A DNA stretch of 62,638 bases, filler included, from Choristocarpus tenellus KU-1152 (GCA_964200185.2; 13 parts of 13 records of this genome joined end to end with filler, not necessarily neighbours in it), one strand, 5' to 3'; positions 26,601 through 41,130 are shown, counted from the whole stretch's first letter. Notes: generated from the letters alone by a model not told the origin. A program made the numbers and translations.

Positions 26601-28267
26601 TTAGACTTACCTATATATTGCTAATGCTAGGAGCTTGCTCTTATAAAATAAGCACAAATAAAAACCTAGTTGTGTTCTCATTGTGTTACGCCAAGTATTA
26701 GTGATTGTACCTTATCCTGCCGTTTGTATCTGAAATACAGTCACGGAGCATGTGCAACTTTCCGACTAAGAGAAACCTAATGTTAGCATTGTAGTTGGCA
26801 CTGGCATTAGGTCATGAATGTCTAACTTGAAACTCAGGTGTTGTGTGTGTTGACTTACAGTGGTGACTGTAGAGTGGTTACTACAGGTAGTATCAAAAAG
26901 TAGGTGTGATGTCATAATTAATTCTAAGCCTAACCCCAAGGCAGAGCATGTACAAGAAAGGCTAAAATTCTTACACCAGCTCCTTTTTTAAAATTTAGGG
27001 CCCACTGATACCAACCTAAACGTTAGGTCGTGTCAGACCCTACAGGACACACGGAAACATCTGGAGCAGGTGGTACTCCAAAGCATGCACAACATTTTTT
27101 CTTAGCGCTGTGTCATGGCAAGGTGTAATTGGTAGCACTCCTCTGTCTCTCCCAAGCTGGACGTAAACTGCTTTCCAGCAGCTATCCACGAAGTCTTTTC
27201 TAGTGCTCTGTAGCTCTTTCACCTGTTGAAGTCACCCCTCCCAAGCATGGTACAAGCCAGTTCAAGGTGGCACTCAAGGCATATGTGTATGGAGTCCTCT
27301 CCATGGCCAGCAATTTTACATGCCTGAAGAGAGGTGGAATTTGCAATTGTATGTTAATAAACCTGTAAGTAATGGCGGAGAACTATGTAGTGCTATACTG
27401 ACCCTTTGCTATGGAACTTGAGGAGGTGGATTTCCAAGCGAGGCCCATGCCATCATAGGCATGTGTGCCACACTGAGTCCGTTTTCGTTATTGTATATTT
27501 ATTTCATTATTTTCTCGTTTTTCCCTTACTTCGTTGAGCGAAGTTTATGGCTTGGCCAGAGAACCACATCTAACTGTTAAGGGGTTTCAAGTCTCTCACT
27601 CGTAGTGTTGTAAAAAAAAAGTATGGCATGTTCATTCAAAATCAGGCGACAATGCAGAATTTGGTTGTTCATTGCCAGAGCTCACAAGGCACTGCATTTG
27701 CTCCACACTCCTACTTGCTGACCCTGCGGCAAAAAAAAGGATGTTGTACTCCACCCATCTCCTAACATGTAGTGCAAGGTGAGCTAGAGTGGTGCCTTAC
27801 GACATTTTGGGAAAACCGAGGAACCCGCCTTTTGTTCTTGTCTGTTTATTGACAGGAGGACATTGCTGAAAACTGCAGGAGTGCATTGGGTGTTTCTGTT
27901 TTCATTTGTCTACCTCGTGTTTCCCCTTGAATGATCTTGCCTTTCCAAGGAAGGAATTTTTTTTTCCTCTGTCTGGAGGACTTGAAACAGACGAAACAGA
28001 TTAAATGAGTAAGGTTAACCTGGACATTTCATGCCCGTACTGCAATAGTGGTGTGTTCCTGCCATAGTACTGTGTTGCCATGTACTCCGTATTCTTTCAC
28101 TCACCATAGATCAATACCACTTCAAGAGTTCTGCACAACACAGAAGCAAGGGAATCTAGGACAATATGCTACTATTACTACTACCACTACCACCACCATT
28201 TCTACTAGCATTACTACTACTATTAGTAACAACGTTAGTAAGAATGATAACAAGTAGTAGTAGTAGT

Positions 28268-28528
28268 GAGTGAAAGTATCTTAGAGGGTACGAGTTTTGC
28301 CCTGTTTTGTCCATTTGGGGCTTGCATCCCATGAGTTTTTTTTTTTACATTTTTTTGCTCCGAAATGTGTTGGAGTAGGTAAATGTATACATTACGAAAA
28401 GGTGTGTGCCCGGAATAAGGATATCAACACTTCCTACCAAACCCGATAGCCAAAATTACATTAAAATCCCAACAATGGGTTTTGGTCCCCAAATGGACGC
28501 GGGCCTACCCTCTAAAATACTTTTGCTC
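28268..28528 (+). mobile_element. MITE family A, full copy
   Basis: Both TIRs present. Inserted in an (AGT)n tract, flanks AGT/AGT. Confidence 0.9.
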
Positions 28529-31289
28529 AGTAATAGTAGTTTTTTTTCGAGCATAGATGAAAAGGGAGTCCTATGTTATGCAGACGCTTCACCCAGGAGT
28601 TCCTCAAACATCGCAGACCCTCACCTCTATACACTGTTCGAGAACCTCCAAGGATGCTGGCTCTGAACTTCCGCTGACCTGTTTCCATTGGGGATTTGGA
28701 CAGGGTTATTAGAGAGACAGAAGCAAAGAAGAATCATCATGAGCCATGCCAAGATATGAAGGTGTGGTAATAAGACTTATGGAGAGGAAAATATTGTTTT
28801 TCTCATAAAGATGATTGTATGTCACAATCAGACAGTGGGGTGCACTCTACGTTGCAACATCCCCTTCCCCCCTCAATTAGCATGGCCCTAGGTATTGGGG
28901 TTAGAAAATCTCCCTCAATAACAGATACGGAAACAAACCCAAACAGTCGTGTGACTGCAGGAACTATTGCTGTTTCTTTTTTCTGCAATTTTAAATTTCG
29001 TATCATATGTCAACATTTTATTATTCAGAGAGAGACCAGGAAGGCTTGTTACATGGTGTATCAGCGGAAGGCAACAAAGCTACATTTAAAGTAGCAGATG
29101 TTTCTCTCATTGTCCTCCCCAGTTTTCTGGGACGATATAGTATACTTGCAATGGTCCCAAAGCAACAAGACGCCCAGTCAGGCCTGCTACTGTAAGCTGA
29201 CCCCAGATAGCTAACTCATTTCGCCTAAGGTACTAGCGATCAGGGCGAACAATATGGTCAGTATCTTGTACTTGGCCCGTTCCTTCCTTAATCAACAGTA
29301 CATTGTAGAATAGAGTTAGCAAGGAATAGTGATGTTAGTGCTCTGCACATGTACATGACACTAGTAACGATTTATATTTCTTATCATATTAGCCTGGGGG
29401 GTGTCTTAGCCCGTGGACAGAGTCACTACACACTACACACTACACACTAGACTATTTCCTTGTAGCAACTGCGGTGACTTATTGTTACACTTCAAATTGC
29501 ATTGCCTCCATCCATGCCTTGCTTGGGTTCAGTTATCCCACCACTCCTCCCTCCACCTCCCCCGTTGAACCTTTTGCTGGAATGGATATGGCTTTGCTCA
29601 GCAATGAAGCCTTGCCACATGACTTTGAGGTTCCAGTGATTTTTTCATATAGCGATAAGATAGGATAGGATAGGATAGGTGGTGTACAATCGGTAGCGCT
29701 TCCAATATTCATTGTTGCCACACGTCATTCCCATTTTTTTTTCACATTACCTTGAGGTGTTGCGAAACCTTGGTTGAAAGGTGGTCAGAGGAAATCAATA
29801 CACAAAGCTCAGTCACAGAATGTGCTGTTCCTGTTGCTAACTTTGTTATTCCTTGGGCGGTTGTGATGAAAATAAGTTGAAATGTGATATTTTGTGTAGT
29901 GGTAAAAAGAAGTAATACCTGCTTAAATACCCAGCCATACTTTATGCCGTTTTGGTTGCAAACTTTCATATTCTATACCATCCAAGACGATATTGACCGA
30001 CCATATCACATTCTAGGGTGGAAGCTGGTTTAATTACCGAAAAGGTCATAGTTGGGGATCTGAAGTGGAATTAGTCGTAGGTTGTTTCATCATTCTTGTC
30101 ACAAACTTTATCAGGCATTGCCATCCATGATGGAATTGATAAAGTAGGGTATATTGTAGAGTGGGAACTAGTGTGGAAATTCCGTGAAAGTCATAGCAGG
30201 GGGACTGAGCGGGAAGATAGGGTCGATACATAGGGGTATATTTCAGTATATGCACATATTCTTAGGCATGCTAAAGGAGCAGTAGCAGTCCGTGCTACTC
30301 TTCTAACAATCATTGCTCCCCAATATTTGAGAGAGAGTCAAAGTAAATGACACGTACCCAGAGTTGTGTTTTAAGGATGCTGGGAAATATGTTCAAGATT
30401 CGGCATTTTTTCAAATGTGTGTAGGATATTTTCTAAACAGTATTGAAAACTTCCAAACAATAGAGAGAAATGAACCCTCTCAAGTCAAACTCAGCACTTC
30501 AGTCATAGAAATATTGTTGAACAGCAAAATACTAACAAAATGGCTTATAATGTAAAACGGCCAAAGACTGGGTACCTCTTGTCTACTTTGACACTATGTA
30601 GAAATTGATCGCATTGTTTGTTTGTGGGTGTATAAGCGGAGAGTAACCTCATTTGCTTGGAAAATAGGTATGTGATTGGTGGGAAGGTGGTGGAGTGAAG
30701 TTGGCGTGGAAACAAGGTGGTGGTGCGACGTCAGTTGATGAGGAGTGAAATGAAGGTGAGGGTAAGAGTGGGAAATTAATGGATACAGAATTCATGATCG
30801 AAAGGGTCAAAGTATCTGGGGGGGNNNNNNNNNNNNNNNNNNNNNNNNNNNNNNNNNNNNNNNNNNNNTTAATTAATTAANNNNNNNNNNNNNNNNNNNN
30901 NNNNNNNNNNNNNNNNNNNNNNNNGGAGGGGGAGGACTTGCGTTCATCTTTGTTGACTCACTTTTATTAATCCCTTCCAAATGCTAAAAAAAACAACCAC
31001 CATGTACTCTCTCTCTCTCTGTTTTCTTCTTCAGTGCGCAGGGTGACACAAGACCTCTTTGGTTCACTCTACTCAACGAACTTCTACAGACATATTTTTA
31101 TTTCATACACCACTTTGTTCACATCAGTTTGATCAAGGGAACTAACAGAAGAGTCAAAACCCTAACCCTAACTCCATGAGAAAGACAACAACAGCAGTCT
31201 TCGGTGGTGCTTTATACACACTCTATAGAGAGCCACTTACCCCTACTTTAGCCTGGCCAGCAAACCGAATTAAATGTGGGTAAAAAGCC

Positions 31290-31494
31290 TAGAAGCTACA
31301 CTAACATACCCCAAAAAAATGATGGGCATTTAGAAGCTGCACTAACATACCCTAAAAAAATGATGGACATCTAGAAGCTGCACTTACATACCCTAAAAAA
31401 ATGATGGACATTTAGAAGCTGCATTAACATACCCCAAAAAAATGATGGGCATTTAGAAGCTGCACTAACATACCCTAAAAAAATGATGGACATT
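31290..31494 (+). repeat. 41-bp minisatellite x5
   Basis: Unit TAGAAGCTGCACTAACATACCCTAAAAAAATGATGGACATT, head-to-tail, no spacers. Confidence 0.95.
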
Positions 31495-34400
31495 TCGGGG
31501 CTTCTCATCAGACCAGCAGGGAAACGCAAAGGTAGCAGTCTGCAGGACAGTTCTGTTCCAACCTTTTTTTCTGACATGCCAAGACCAAGGGGGTTGATCC
31601 CAGTATTGGAACCTGTCTGGTCCACTCCAACTTTCCTGACTAGTCCAGACCAGTACCAGTACCGTCACAGTTTGCGCCTGGACCCAACGGCGGTCCAACC
31701 TGTGACCACGTTGAAAATTTATTACTTTTCTTTATTATTATTATTATTATGAATAATAATAATATTTTGTTGTCCACTTTAGTCTGGGGACTATCCCAAC
31801 CCGTGGTCAGAGGTGCTGTGCTAATTACTGCACTACTTATCACACTACCTAGCCAACTGCTGATCAGCCGTTGCACTGCAGTCAATTGTTACTGCCTCTG
31901 TTCCTGCCTTCAATTGTTACTTCTCAAAACATTGCTTTTTCGGTGCATCCCTTCCACTGCTTGTCCCTATATCTCCTTCCTCGTGTTTCCACCTAACTAT
32001 TGGTACGGCATTCTTGTGGTATAGCGAAACAGACATGATACCACACACGAACAGTCTATTGTGCTTGTCACGTGGAGTTGGATCAAAAAAACCGGATTTC
32101 TGCGAAAAAAAGAATGACTCGAAAGGGGGTTGAACCCTCAAGATTCATTCGTAAAGTTGCAGTCTTAACCTCACACCCACAGCACACTCTACAAATGATA
32201 GCACCCAAGGATGTGATGTGTGTTCCTAATTGGGGGTTCCTCTTAGAGTCTTGTCTTGTGTGAGCACATTGGGATTTGTATCATTCCTGTCGATCTTCTG
32301 ACTCTTTGTTTCTGAGGTTAACTTTTAATGCCCTAACCTAGCCGTGACTGGAGGATTCAAAACATCAACATGAACAATACAATTCTGTAATACAAAGTAC
32401 TCACACAACAGGGGACCCCCCAAAAGAGGCCAACGCTTGAAACACTATCTCTCTTGAAAGGAGGTCAGCCAACATAATTCCACATAGACGAACATAACTC
32501 TATTATGTTAGCATGACCCAACCCTGTGGATTGAGAAGATTGAGTCCCTCATTTTCTATTAACATTCCCCCATTTTCATGGGTAGTAATGTACATTAGTT
32601 ACACAAATCTATTTGGACTCATTTTGGCTAAATATCTTCACAGAAGAGATAGTGTTTCAAACAGCGGCTTCCTTTTGGAGTACCCTTTTTATGTGAGCAC
32701 ACGAGATTTTGTATCATTAATATCTATGATTTTGTATCATTAATATCTATGTTTTGGCTCCTTTATACACAGTATGTGGTTGTTTAAAACCAACCATAAA
32801 AACACTTCGATAATAGGGACCACCTTGCGACCATCACTCTAATATTATTGAATTAGATAGTATCAACCCGACCTGGTGGCTTGGTCCAATCTTAATCAAT
32901 CTGATCCCAACCACCAAGAACACAGTGGCTCAGAGGATACACAAAATTAAAATCGTGTCCATCCCCCCGTATATTTTGGATATTTTGGGACATGCCTTGA
33001 CAGGGTCGATCCAGTTTAAACACATTTTGCTATCCATGGTCACCAACTACTCCAACACGCATTCTGCCATGACACAGGTCCATGGCCATCAATTACATAT
33101 TTCAACACAAATGGGCAATGCTATCTTCCGCTTCACAGTATCGTTACCTAAACACACACATACACATAAATATATTCAAAAAAAGGGCTGGCCAGTCCAC
33201 AACAGTTGTTTTCTTTTCTTTTCTTTAACATGTCTACACCCCGGCCCCCATGGTAACTGCCTTCACTGATTTACATTTCCAAATGTACAAGTGCACCATT
33301 ATATATTGGGTCCCCTGCATTCGGGTGGGGTCTTTAGTGATGTTGCATGCCTCTCCTGCGATTGCTTTTATCCATAGAACAAAATCGGGGCGGCTCTGTA
33401 GTACTGAAAAGTATTAAAAACAAGAATAAATGGAACTGGTGTTTATTAAAAAAAAAAAGTTCTTTGGAAAGAATGTAATGACATCATGGAAAATAAGAAA
33501 AATAGTAACAAAATGATAAAGGTAGTTCAGTGCACCAAACCACAACCTTGTCTCACTGGTGCTGTAGAAAACAGTGATGCAACACAGGGAAAAAGTTTGC
33601 AGTTCCTACTCTGGACTCTGGACATGCAGTGTAGATGGTTGTCTAACAGAACAACGGAAGGGACAATATATTTTTTTTCTTAGTCGAATGTAACAAAAAA
33701 AATATTGTTTCAAAAAATATATTTGGACCTTTTCTTTCATCCCCTCCTTTCCAATCCTCCCCCCCCCAGACTCTGTGAAAAATAAAAAATCCCTGCAGCT
33801 ATACTACATTCTTGGTTGTGATAAATGGGTGGAATCACGTGTGCTTGGAAAAGAATAAACATAAAGTATGAGATGCCTCTGCTCTACGACCTAGTAAGTG
33901 TAACAACAGCAACTATTCATTTCTGCCATCATAGTCATGTTTGCATGGGGGAGGGGGGGGGGGGGAAGGGATCACACNNNNNNNNNNNNNNNNNNNNNNN
34001 NNNNNNNNNNNNNNNNNNNNNTTAATTAATTAANNNNNNNNNNNNNNNNNNNNNNNNNNNNNNNNNNNNNNNNNNNNCCAGATACTTTGACCCATCCTCC
34101 ATGTCTCATCTGTCTCTGTGCAACCCCAAACTCTTCAATTTTCTTGTAGCTCCACTGTTATCCCTAAAAGCTCATTGGCTAGCCAGCCAGCCCTCATCAT
34201 CGAGCTTGGCCAAGAATACACGATCTCCGTCGTAGTCGCTACCCCTCTTTGATTTCTTGTTCTGCAGTGATTGACTGGTCCACTCGATCAAGCGTGAGTC
34301 CCCCCTCGACTCACGACAATCACCAGTGCGTATGCTCTGCCCAACCTCAGCCATTGCCTACTGTGAAACTTGAAGCCTGGGAGGCAGAGACCGCACAAAG

Positions 34401-34528
34401 ATATCCAGCATGTCCTTCGACAGAGGGGCTTCTGCAGACATTGTGCGGAGTTCTTGGTGGACAATATATGTTGTAGTGACCTGCGTGTGGAGGTCAAGCT
34501 CCGAAAGCCTCGCACAGTATATTGTTAA

Positions 34529-34788
34529 GAGTGAAAGTATCTTAGAGGGTACGATTTTTGCCCTGTTTGTCCATTTGGGGCTTTTGCTCTCCCCGGTTTT
34601 TTCTTATGATATTTTACCTATTCCAAAAGTTTCGGAGTAGGTAAAATGTATACGTTATGAAATAGTGTGTCCAGAACAAGGATATTGACACTTCCTAACG
34701 AACACGATAGCCAAATTGCATCAAAATCGCAACATTGGATTTTGACCCCCAAATGGACGCGTCTCTACCCTCTAAGATACTTTGACTC
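34529..34788 (+). mobile_element. MITE family A, full copy
   Basis: Both TIRs present. Confidence 0.92.
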
Positions 34789-34890
34789 GTCTCTACATTG
34801 CAGCCTCCTCTGTTGTAAGGCGAACATCTGAGTAGCATGTGGTCAACGGTGGTCTTACCGTATGTCCCATAAAGGGGGAACTCAGGTTCT

Positions 34891-35482
34891 GTTACAGTAC
34901 GCTCCAGAAGCTCACCTCTACAGGATGTCTAGCTCCAATCTACAAGTCTATAGATGATGCTGATGTTCGTACAGGGCTTCCAGGATACTCCGACAGTCAA
35001 GAGGGTCGAATCCATTGGTTAATGGATGCCAGGTTAGTAGAACAGGGGTACTCTTTAATGAATCAACATGCATGCATATGAGAACTGGTATCAGATTAAG
35101 AGTGAGTCCTGGGGGGGCTTAAGCCGTTTTGGGATCTGAGCCATTTGGGATCTGAGCCTTTTTAGGATCTCTTATCATCGTTTGAGTGAAGGTATCTCCG
35201 AGGGTACGAGATTTGCCCTGTTTGTCCGCTTGAGGCTTGGCTCCCCATAGTTTTTTTAATGACATTTTCCTACTTCAAAATGTGTCGGAGTAGGTAAAAT
35301 GTATACGTTATGAAAAGGTGTGTCCGGAACCAGGATATTGACAATCTCTAACAAACACGATAGCCAAAATTACATCAAAATCGCAACATTGGATTTTTGG
35401 CCCCCAAATGGACACGGCCCTACCCTCTAATATACTTTGGCTCTTTAACGTTTTGCTTAATTGGTTTACAGACGTTGGAATT
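34891..35482. repeat. Dispersed repeat D (retroelement-like fragment) carrying a MITE insertion
   Basis: Homologous to 44930-45250, which lacks the MITE. Confidence 0.75.
35184..35443 (+). mobile_element. MITE family A, full copy
   Basis: Both TIRs present. TTT/TTT duplication supported by the empty paralogous site near 45205-45230. Confidence 0.92.
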
Positions 35483-35740
35483 GAGTTAAAGTATCTTAGA
35501 GGGTACGAGTTTTGCCCTGTTTGTCCATTTGGGGCTTGGCTTCCCACGTTTTTTTAATGGCATTTTTTTCCTACTCCAAAATGTTTCGGATTAGGTAAAA
35601 TGTATACGTTATGAAAAGCTATGTCCGGAACATGGATATTGACACTTAACAAACACGATAGCCAAAATTATATCAAAATCGCAACATTGAATTTTGGCCC
35701 CCAAATGGACACGGCTCTACCCTCTAAGATGCTTTGGCTC
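35483..35740 (+). mobile_element. MITE family A, full copy
   Basis: Both TIRs present, about 40 bp from the previous copy. Confidence 0.92.
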
Positions 35741-35766
35741 TAATAGTCACCTTTACGATAGCATCA

Positions 35767-36066
35767 CAGGTCTTGATAAATTTCGAGGTGATGTAAGGTG
35801 TCCTGATCGGTGATCAGCACAACAAATTACACCTGAGACCATAGGCAGTCGATTAGCCAGCCGCAAAAAAAATATTGATATCATTTTCAGTGATTTTCAT
35901 TTTTTTGACAATTCAACCGAACCTTTCGGCATTTCCTAACTCAACACAAAGTAATTCGCTACCAGATTTCTTTGCCCGAATCGATAGCATTTGGTCTTAG
36001 CTTTAAGTTGATATGCTGATCACTGATCGGGATGCCTTGCATCACCTCGAAATTAATCAAGGCCTG
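35767..36066. mobile_element. 300-bp MITE with ~53-bp TIRs, CAGG...CCTG ends (hAT-like)
   Basis: CAGGTCTTGATAAATTTCGAGGTGATG...TGATCAGCA is mirrored at 36013-36066. The 8-bp flanks match only partly. Confidence 0.7.
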
Positions 36067-39000
36067 TCTTATCCTAGAGGTGACTGCCAACAACGTATCT
36101 ATTTTATACGGCCATTATACTGCTATATAGCAATGGCGATGTATTTCAAACTAATCTGCAACTCAGGTCCAACGTCTTTCAAAAGTCGTTTCTTACCTGG
36201 AGGTAGCGCTAAGGCGTAGCGTACGGCCACCATGTTTCGACCTTCCTCGCTCAGGTCGCAATTTTTACTCTGGCACAACGGGGTCCTGGCGAAAGACAGC
36301 GGACTCATTGGAGTGGCCATATTTGCTACGGGATTCTCGTCGCAGCTGGTCCAGAGGCTAAGCGAGAGTCGTAGGCCTCTTGGTGAGGTGCTGAGATGTT
36401 GTGTGGTGATGGGGGGGTGTTGTGCCAGGAACAGTGCAGTCACTCAAAATGGGACCAATAAGGACTTCTTTTCGGTTCCACTTCTCGGAACAGATTCAGA
36501 GCTATTTCGGAACAAAATGGGAAAACTAAAATCTCCTCCGATCAGAGCCAAAGTAAACGAGAGTTACCCAGGTTTTGCCCCTTTTTCATTTGAAGCCTTT
36601 TCTGGTCTGTTCACTATTACAATACGAGCACATTTAGCAGCCTCTCACCAAAATTGAGGATGGAGCATACTACGGAGGATGGGTTTGACCCAAAATGGTG
36701 CGTGGAAAGTGTCCATATGTTTTTTTTGTGTGAATGTTGCGGCACTTCTTAAGGACCCCTTTTTGAATCGGAATCCCTGCCGAAGGTGGTAGTAGGACAG
36801 TGTGTGGGGGGCGGCAGTGATTTCGCTTGATCGTCATGCACATGTATGCCCTGCATTGGCTTGCTTGCTTGAATAATTAGTGCGGTCGGTGGAGTCATTT
36901 GACTGTCAATGGTGGAGGTGGTAGAAAATAATAGCACTTCCAAGTATTTTTCATTGGTTTGGCGTTTCATTGTCGTTATGGATGGTTGATCGACAAGAAG
37001 AGAAGAAGTGTTATTTTCCCATTTTATTAAATTGTTTATCAATTATTGCTATTGTCGCCAAGTAGAAGAAGAAGCTAAGACTGAGCGCATATAAGTGTTG
37101 ACATTATATGATGATCGACCTCTTTGTACGAATATCTCAGTCATGCCCGAACTGTCGTTTGTTGCGATCTGCCCCCCCCCCCACCCTGTCAGATACGCTG
37201 ATCTGCATTTATCTATTTTCTCGGGAAAGTTGTTGGACGTGTCACACATTGCAAGAGAACAACAGGGAGAGGGAGAATAATGTCACAACAGCCCAGAGCT
37301 AAAATATAGTAAAAAAAATCCCATCACATAAAGAAAAGAAAAGACCAGCTTTTTCAATTTGCTGCTCGTTCATTGTACCCCTCCTCTCCCCGCCACCACG
37401 AGAACTGTGCACGTCACCTGAAGCAAGAATGGGCGCCGACTCTGGTAAGCATGTTACCGGGAGTTCAACAGACACACAAACAACCTGCTTGAACTAACTA
37501 CTGGACGAACGAGGCATCATCAACAAAAACACTCCCGTATNNNNNNNNNNNNNNNNNNNNNNNNNNNNNNNNNNNNNNNNNNNNTTAATTAATTAANNNN
37601 NNNNNNNNNNNNNNNNNNNNNNNNNNNNNNNNNNNNNNNNACCAGGCAACTAGAGGATGGTTTCACTATTTTAAGTGTTCCGACTCTGGTAACCCCCTCC
37701 CCCTTCTCCTCCTATCCAAAAAAGAAAGGTGTAAACAACAGTTGGAAATGGCCACAGGGAGGAAGTGAAAACCACTTCTCCACCGGCCACATCTCGCCTG
37801 AACATCCATATTTCGGTTGTTTTTCGAATAGGATCTTGTTCCTATCAGTGTTTTGAATCAAAATGATTGGCGAGTACTGGGTATACACTGAGTCGACTTC
37901 AAAACCCTCCATGTATGCTTTGGAGTACTTTGATCATACACACAAAGCAAGGGGCCGTGAGCAGATTGTGCAACACGCACACACATGAGAAAATAGAAAA
38001 ATATCAAAATCAAAACTATCCCCTACATTTTTATTCAAATGAACCTTTCAATCACAACACCAAATTTTGTCAATGAGACACACCGTCCCACCACAAACCG
38101 TACCAGGGGGAACTAAAATTCCTTCCTCCCCCTCCCTGCCCCTGGAAAACAATATTGTATTGTTTAGTATGTGTATGAAAATAAATATTGTTTCTGCAAT
38201 GGCAATTTGAAAGTCTCAAGGCTAAGGCGAGTACATTGTGTGCCACCCTATATGGGAACCTGCTGGAGGGGGTCAGGCTGCTGGATGTAGTACTAACACA
38301 CACCGAGATGAAGGAAAGCTTGCTGTTATTAAAGCTCGGTCTGTGTACCCCCTAATACATGGCGTCGATAGTCCCTACCATCACTGACCCTAGTGTCAAG
38401 GCGTTGCCTGCAACTGAGCTGAGCAAGTTGTACACTTAAGGGTGCAAGCACGGTCTTCAACAACATCCCCTTCCCCCTGCACACACAAGGTCTTCAGCGA
38501 ATTCGACTGACCTCATCCGGAAACCATCTTTTCATGTATATGTGTTTTTGTGCATGTGATTCATGTGCTGGTGTGTTTATTCCGGAATCGCAATAATGTG
38601 GACGGATGCCTTGTTTTCCTTCTGCGATAAGATCAGAGTTTCTAAAATACACATGTCCCCTGTCTGAAATGACTTCAAGACACAAATCAGCATGGGAAGA
38701 AATTTATGACTCAAATCTAAGTACGTTAGAAGATTCAATGGGGCATGTGGGGGCCTTCTGCAGTCAGTGATTGACACTTTGAGTCCCAGTGCTACTAAGT
38801 CATACTCCTCCCAAAGTACTTCGGCGCTGATGGTCTTGGCTCTGCTGGTGGTGTGGTCCTTACACTTTCTGTTGCATGCTCACGGAGAGACGTTCCACCC
38901 CACTGGGAGGTTCACTTCAATGGGGTGGTTACACTCCAGTATTTGTTTCTGATTACCTACATAATGATTGATTAGCTGTTACACCATCGTACATATTCAT

Positions 39001-39439
39001 CTCTGAATTCTCATTGTCCTGTTTACTTGGACTACTTCTAAGCATTGCCTCCCTGTTGTTCCATGTATGTGGGGGGGACATTTGGAAGCAACGTAGTTGT
39101 AATATTATTTTATATTTGTAGTTTTATTGAATGTCTGTGTGTAACTCACATAAACATCATGGTGTACACACCTTGTATGGTTGTTGGAGATCTTGTTTTG
39201 TTTTCCGATTTACTCTTTGCGGCCTAAGAATATTTCCTTATTTGGGGGGGAGGGGTGGAAATCAACCAGCAAGTACCTTCCTCACTATTTTTTATCGAGT
39301 CATAGAAACGCCAGACTCCTCCTTGTAACTCCATGAATGTGTAGAGTATTGATATACATAATACTCGTATATTATATCAGGGTAATGCTAGACAGTTGTG
39401 ATTGCTGGAGATTCAAAGTAAGCGAGAGGTACTCAGGGT

Positions 39440-41130
39440 TAGATTGTGGGGATACTAAAAAATATGTGCAAATTTCGGCTTTTTGTATAAATTCACACAG
39501 ACAGGGAATTTCCTGAATTCTGTCGAAAATGATTAAATAACAGAGAAATTTATGCTTTCAAATCAATCTTTGTAATTCATCCACAGAAACAAAAGGTGTA
39601 TTGGAAACGACGAAAAAAGTAACTTACATGCAAAATGCCCAAAGATGGATACCTCTCATTTACTTTGAATCAGACTGGAATCGCTGACTGATGTGCAAGA
39701 AATCGTCGATGGCATGAAGAATACAACATACACACCATGAGCTATTCACATAATTCCACCATTTTCTTTCAGTAGTCGATGTAAATGAGTAGTGTTGTGA
39801 ATCATCAAGATTTGATCAAGAATCGTGACGGCAAAATGATCCAAAAATTTTAAGAGATATTTTTCGATTGGATTTTTCACATCAGAACGCGCTCCGCTCA
39901 CGGATCCCGACAAACCCCTAAATTGTGTGTACGTTTTGATCATAATCGAGTACAATGAAATCTTAAGTCGATTTATCTCACAATTCAAAAACTATATTAA
40001 AATTCATTCACAACATTAGGAACAAGGAATGTTTTGGGATCAAGTCAAAAATTGACCCTTAAAGAGGCGCTACTATTTTTTCTGGTGTGTATGTGTTAAG
40101 GAATGGGGAGCGTACCATGTTATTTTCTTCCTGGATGGTTTTTGCATAGCATATATATGTGATTGGTGGGTAAATATGATATTCTTCAGTCAGAAGTTCT
40201 ATCATTTCTGTCGCCAAATTCTCTTTCAAATAGACAGGAGTCACAGAAGAAGTGATCAGCATTGATTTTTTTTCAAACAAGGAAAGATTTTCCTGAGGAG
40301 GAGAAGAGAAGGAGAGAGCATCTTCGGGACGAAAAGGAAGGGGGGGGGGGAGGGAGCTTGTGGATTTTTCCTTCGTAGATATTTTTCCATCTTAAAGCTT
40401 TGTTTTTCCACTATTTATCCTCAAAGAGTTTCCTCACTAAAAATTCACAGGAATACTATGCACACTTTTCGCACAATGTACATAAAAAAAAAGACCATCA
40501 TTGGATTAAATCAACCTTCTTTGCCTTAAAATCCAATAAACAAAAACCCACAAGTCAAGGTGATACCAAGGTCGACAATTGTGGTAATATAGATGGTTAG
40601 TGTGTGCGTACTGCTTTTTGTTCATTGTGGTAATTCACCTCCCAACTAAAACCTCCCCCCACATATGTCATCAAGATACAACATTATTTATGTGAATGCC
40701 AAAGTTCGTAATGTTCCTACTAATAATAGTCGTCAAATCTCCGTATCAATCAGAACAACACACGAAAACAATACGCCGAAAAATGCTTCAAAATATTGAA
40801 GTTCTTTTATTCTCTGTACCAGTGTTCCTTCGTGTAGAAAATACGAAGAAAGTACACAAGTATTTTTGAAATATTTGTTACCTATTCTTAGTCAGTATGA
40901 ATACACCCACTCTTTCATACTATGTGAAAAGACGAAATTTGGTCAAAGTTGATCAATAAATATATTTATTGATTCATAATTTATGCGTAAGAAATGTTCA
41001 ATGAGTCGTGTAATAAGAAACATTTTTTTTTTCCATATATCATTTTGTTTGAGATCCTCAACCAAAAACTCACTTCTCTCTTTCATTGTTGCTTCCTTCC
41101 ATTCTCTTTCGGCCCAGCTTGGCGTATACA
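39440..41130 (-). pseudogene. AT-rich decayed coding island of unknown origin
   Basis: Co-oriented broken ORFs (39746-39988, 40059-40280, 40943-41131). 39446-39680 is homologous to 30366-30610. Confidence 0.4.

Noticed and set aside
31290-31494. CRISPR-like array (also 41377-41671 and 56048-56398)
   Set aside because: Head-to-tail units with no unique spacers, no cas genes, eukaryotic context.
34529-34788. MITE A as a SINE or tRNA-derived ncRNA
   Set aside because: It has terminal inverted repeats and short TSDs, with no poly(A) tail, A/B boxes or cloverleaf evident.
35308-35547. Recurrent small ORFs MGSQAPNGQ...YPLRYF as a peptide family
   Set aside because: They are translations of the MITE end, vary in frame and run into unrelated flanks.
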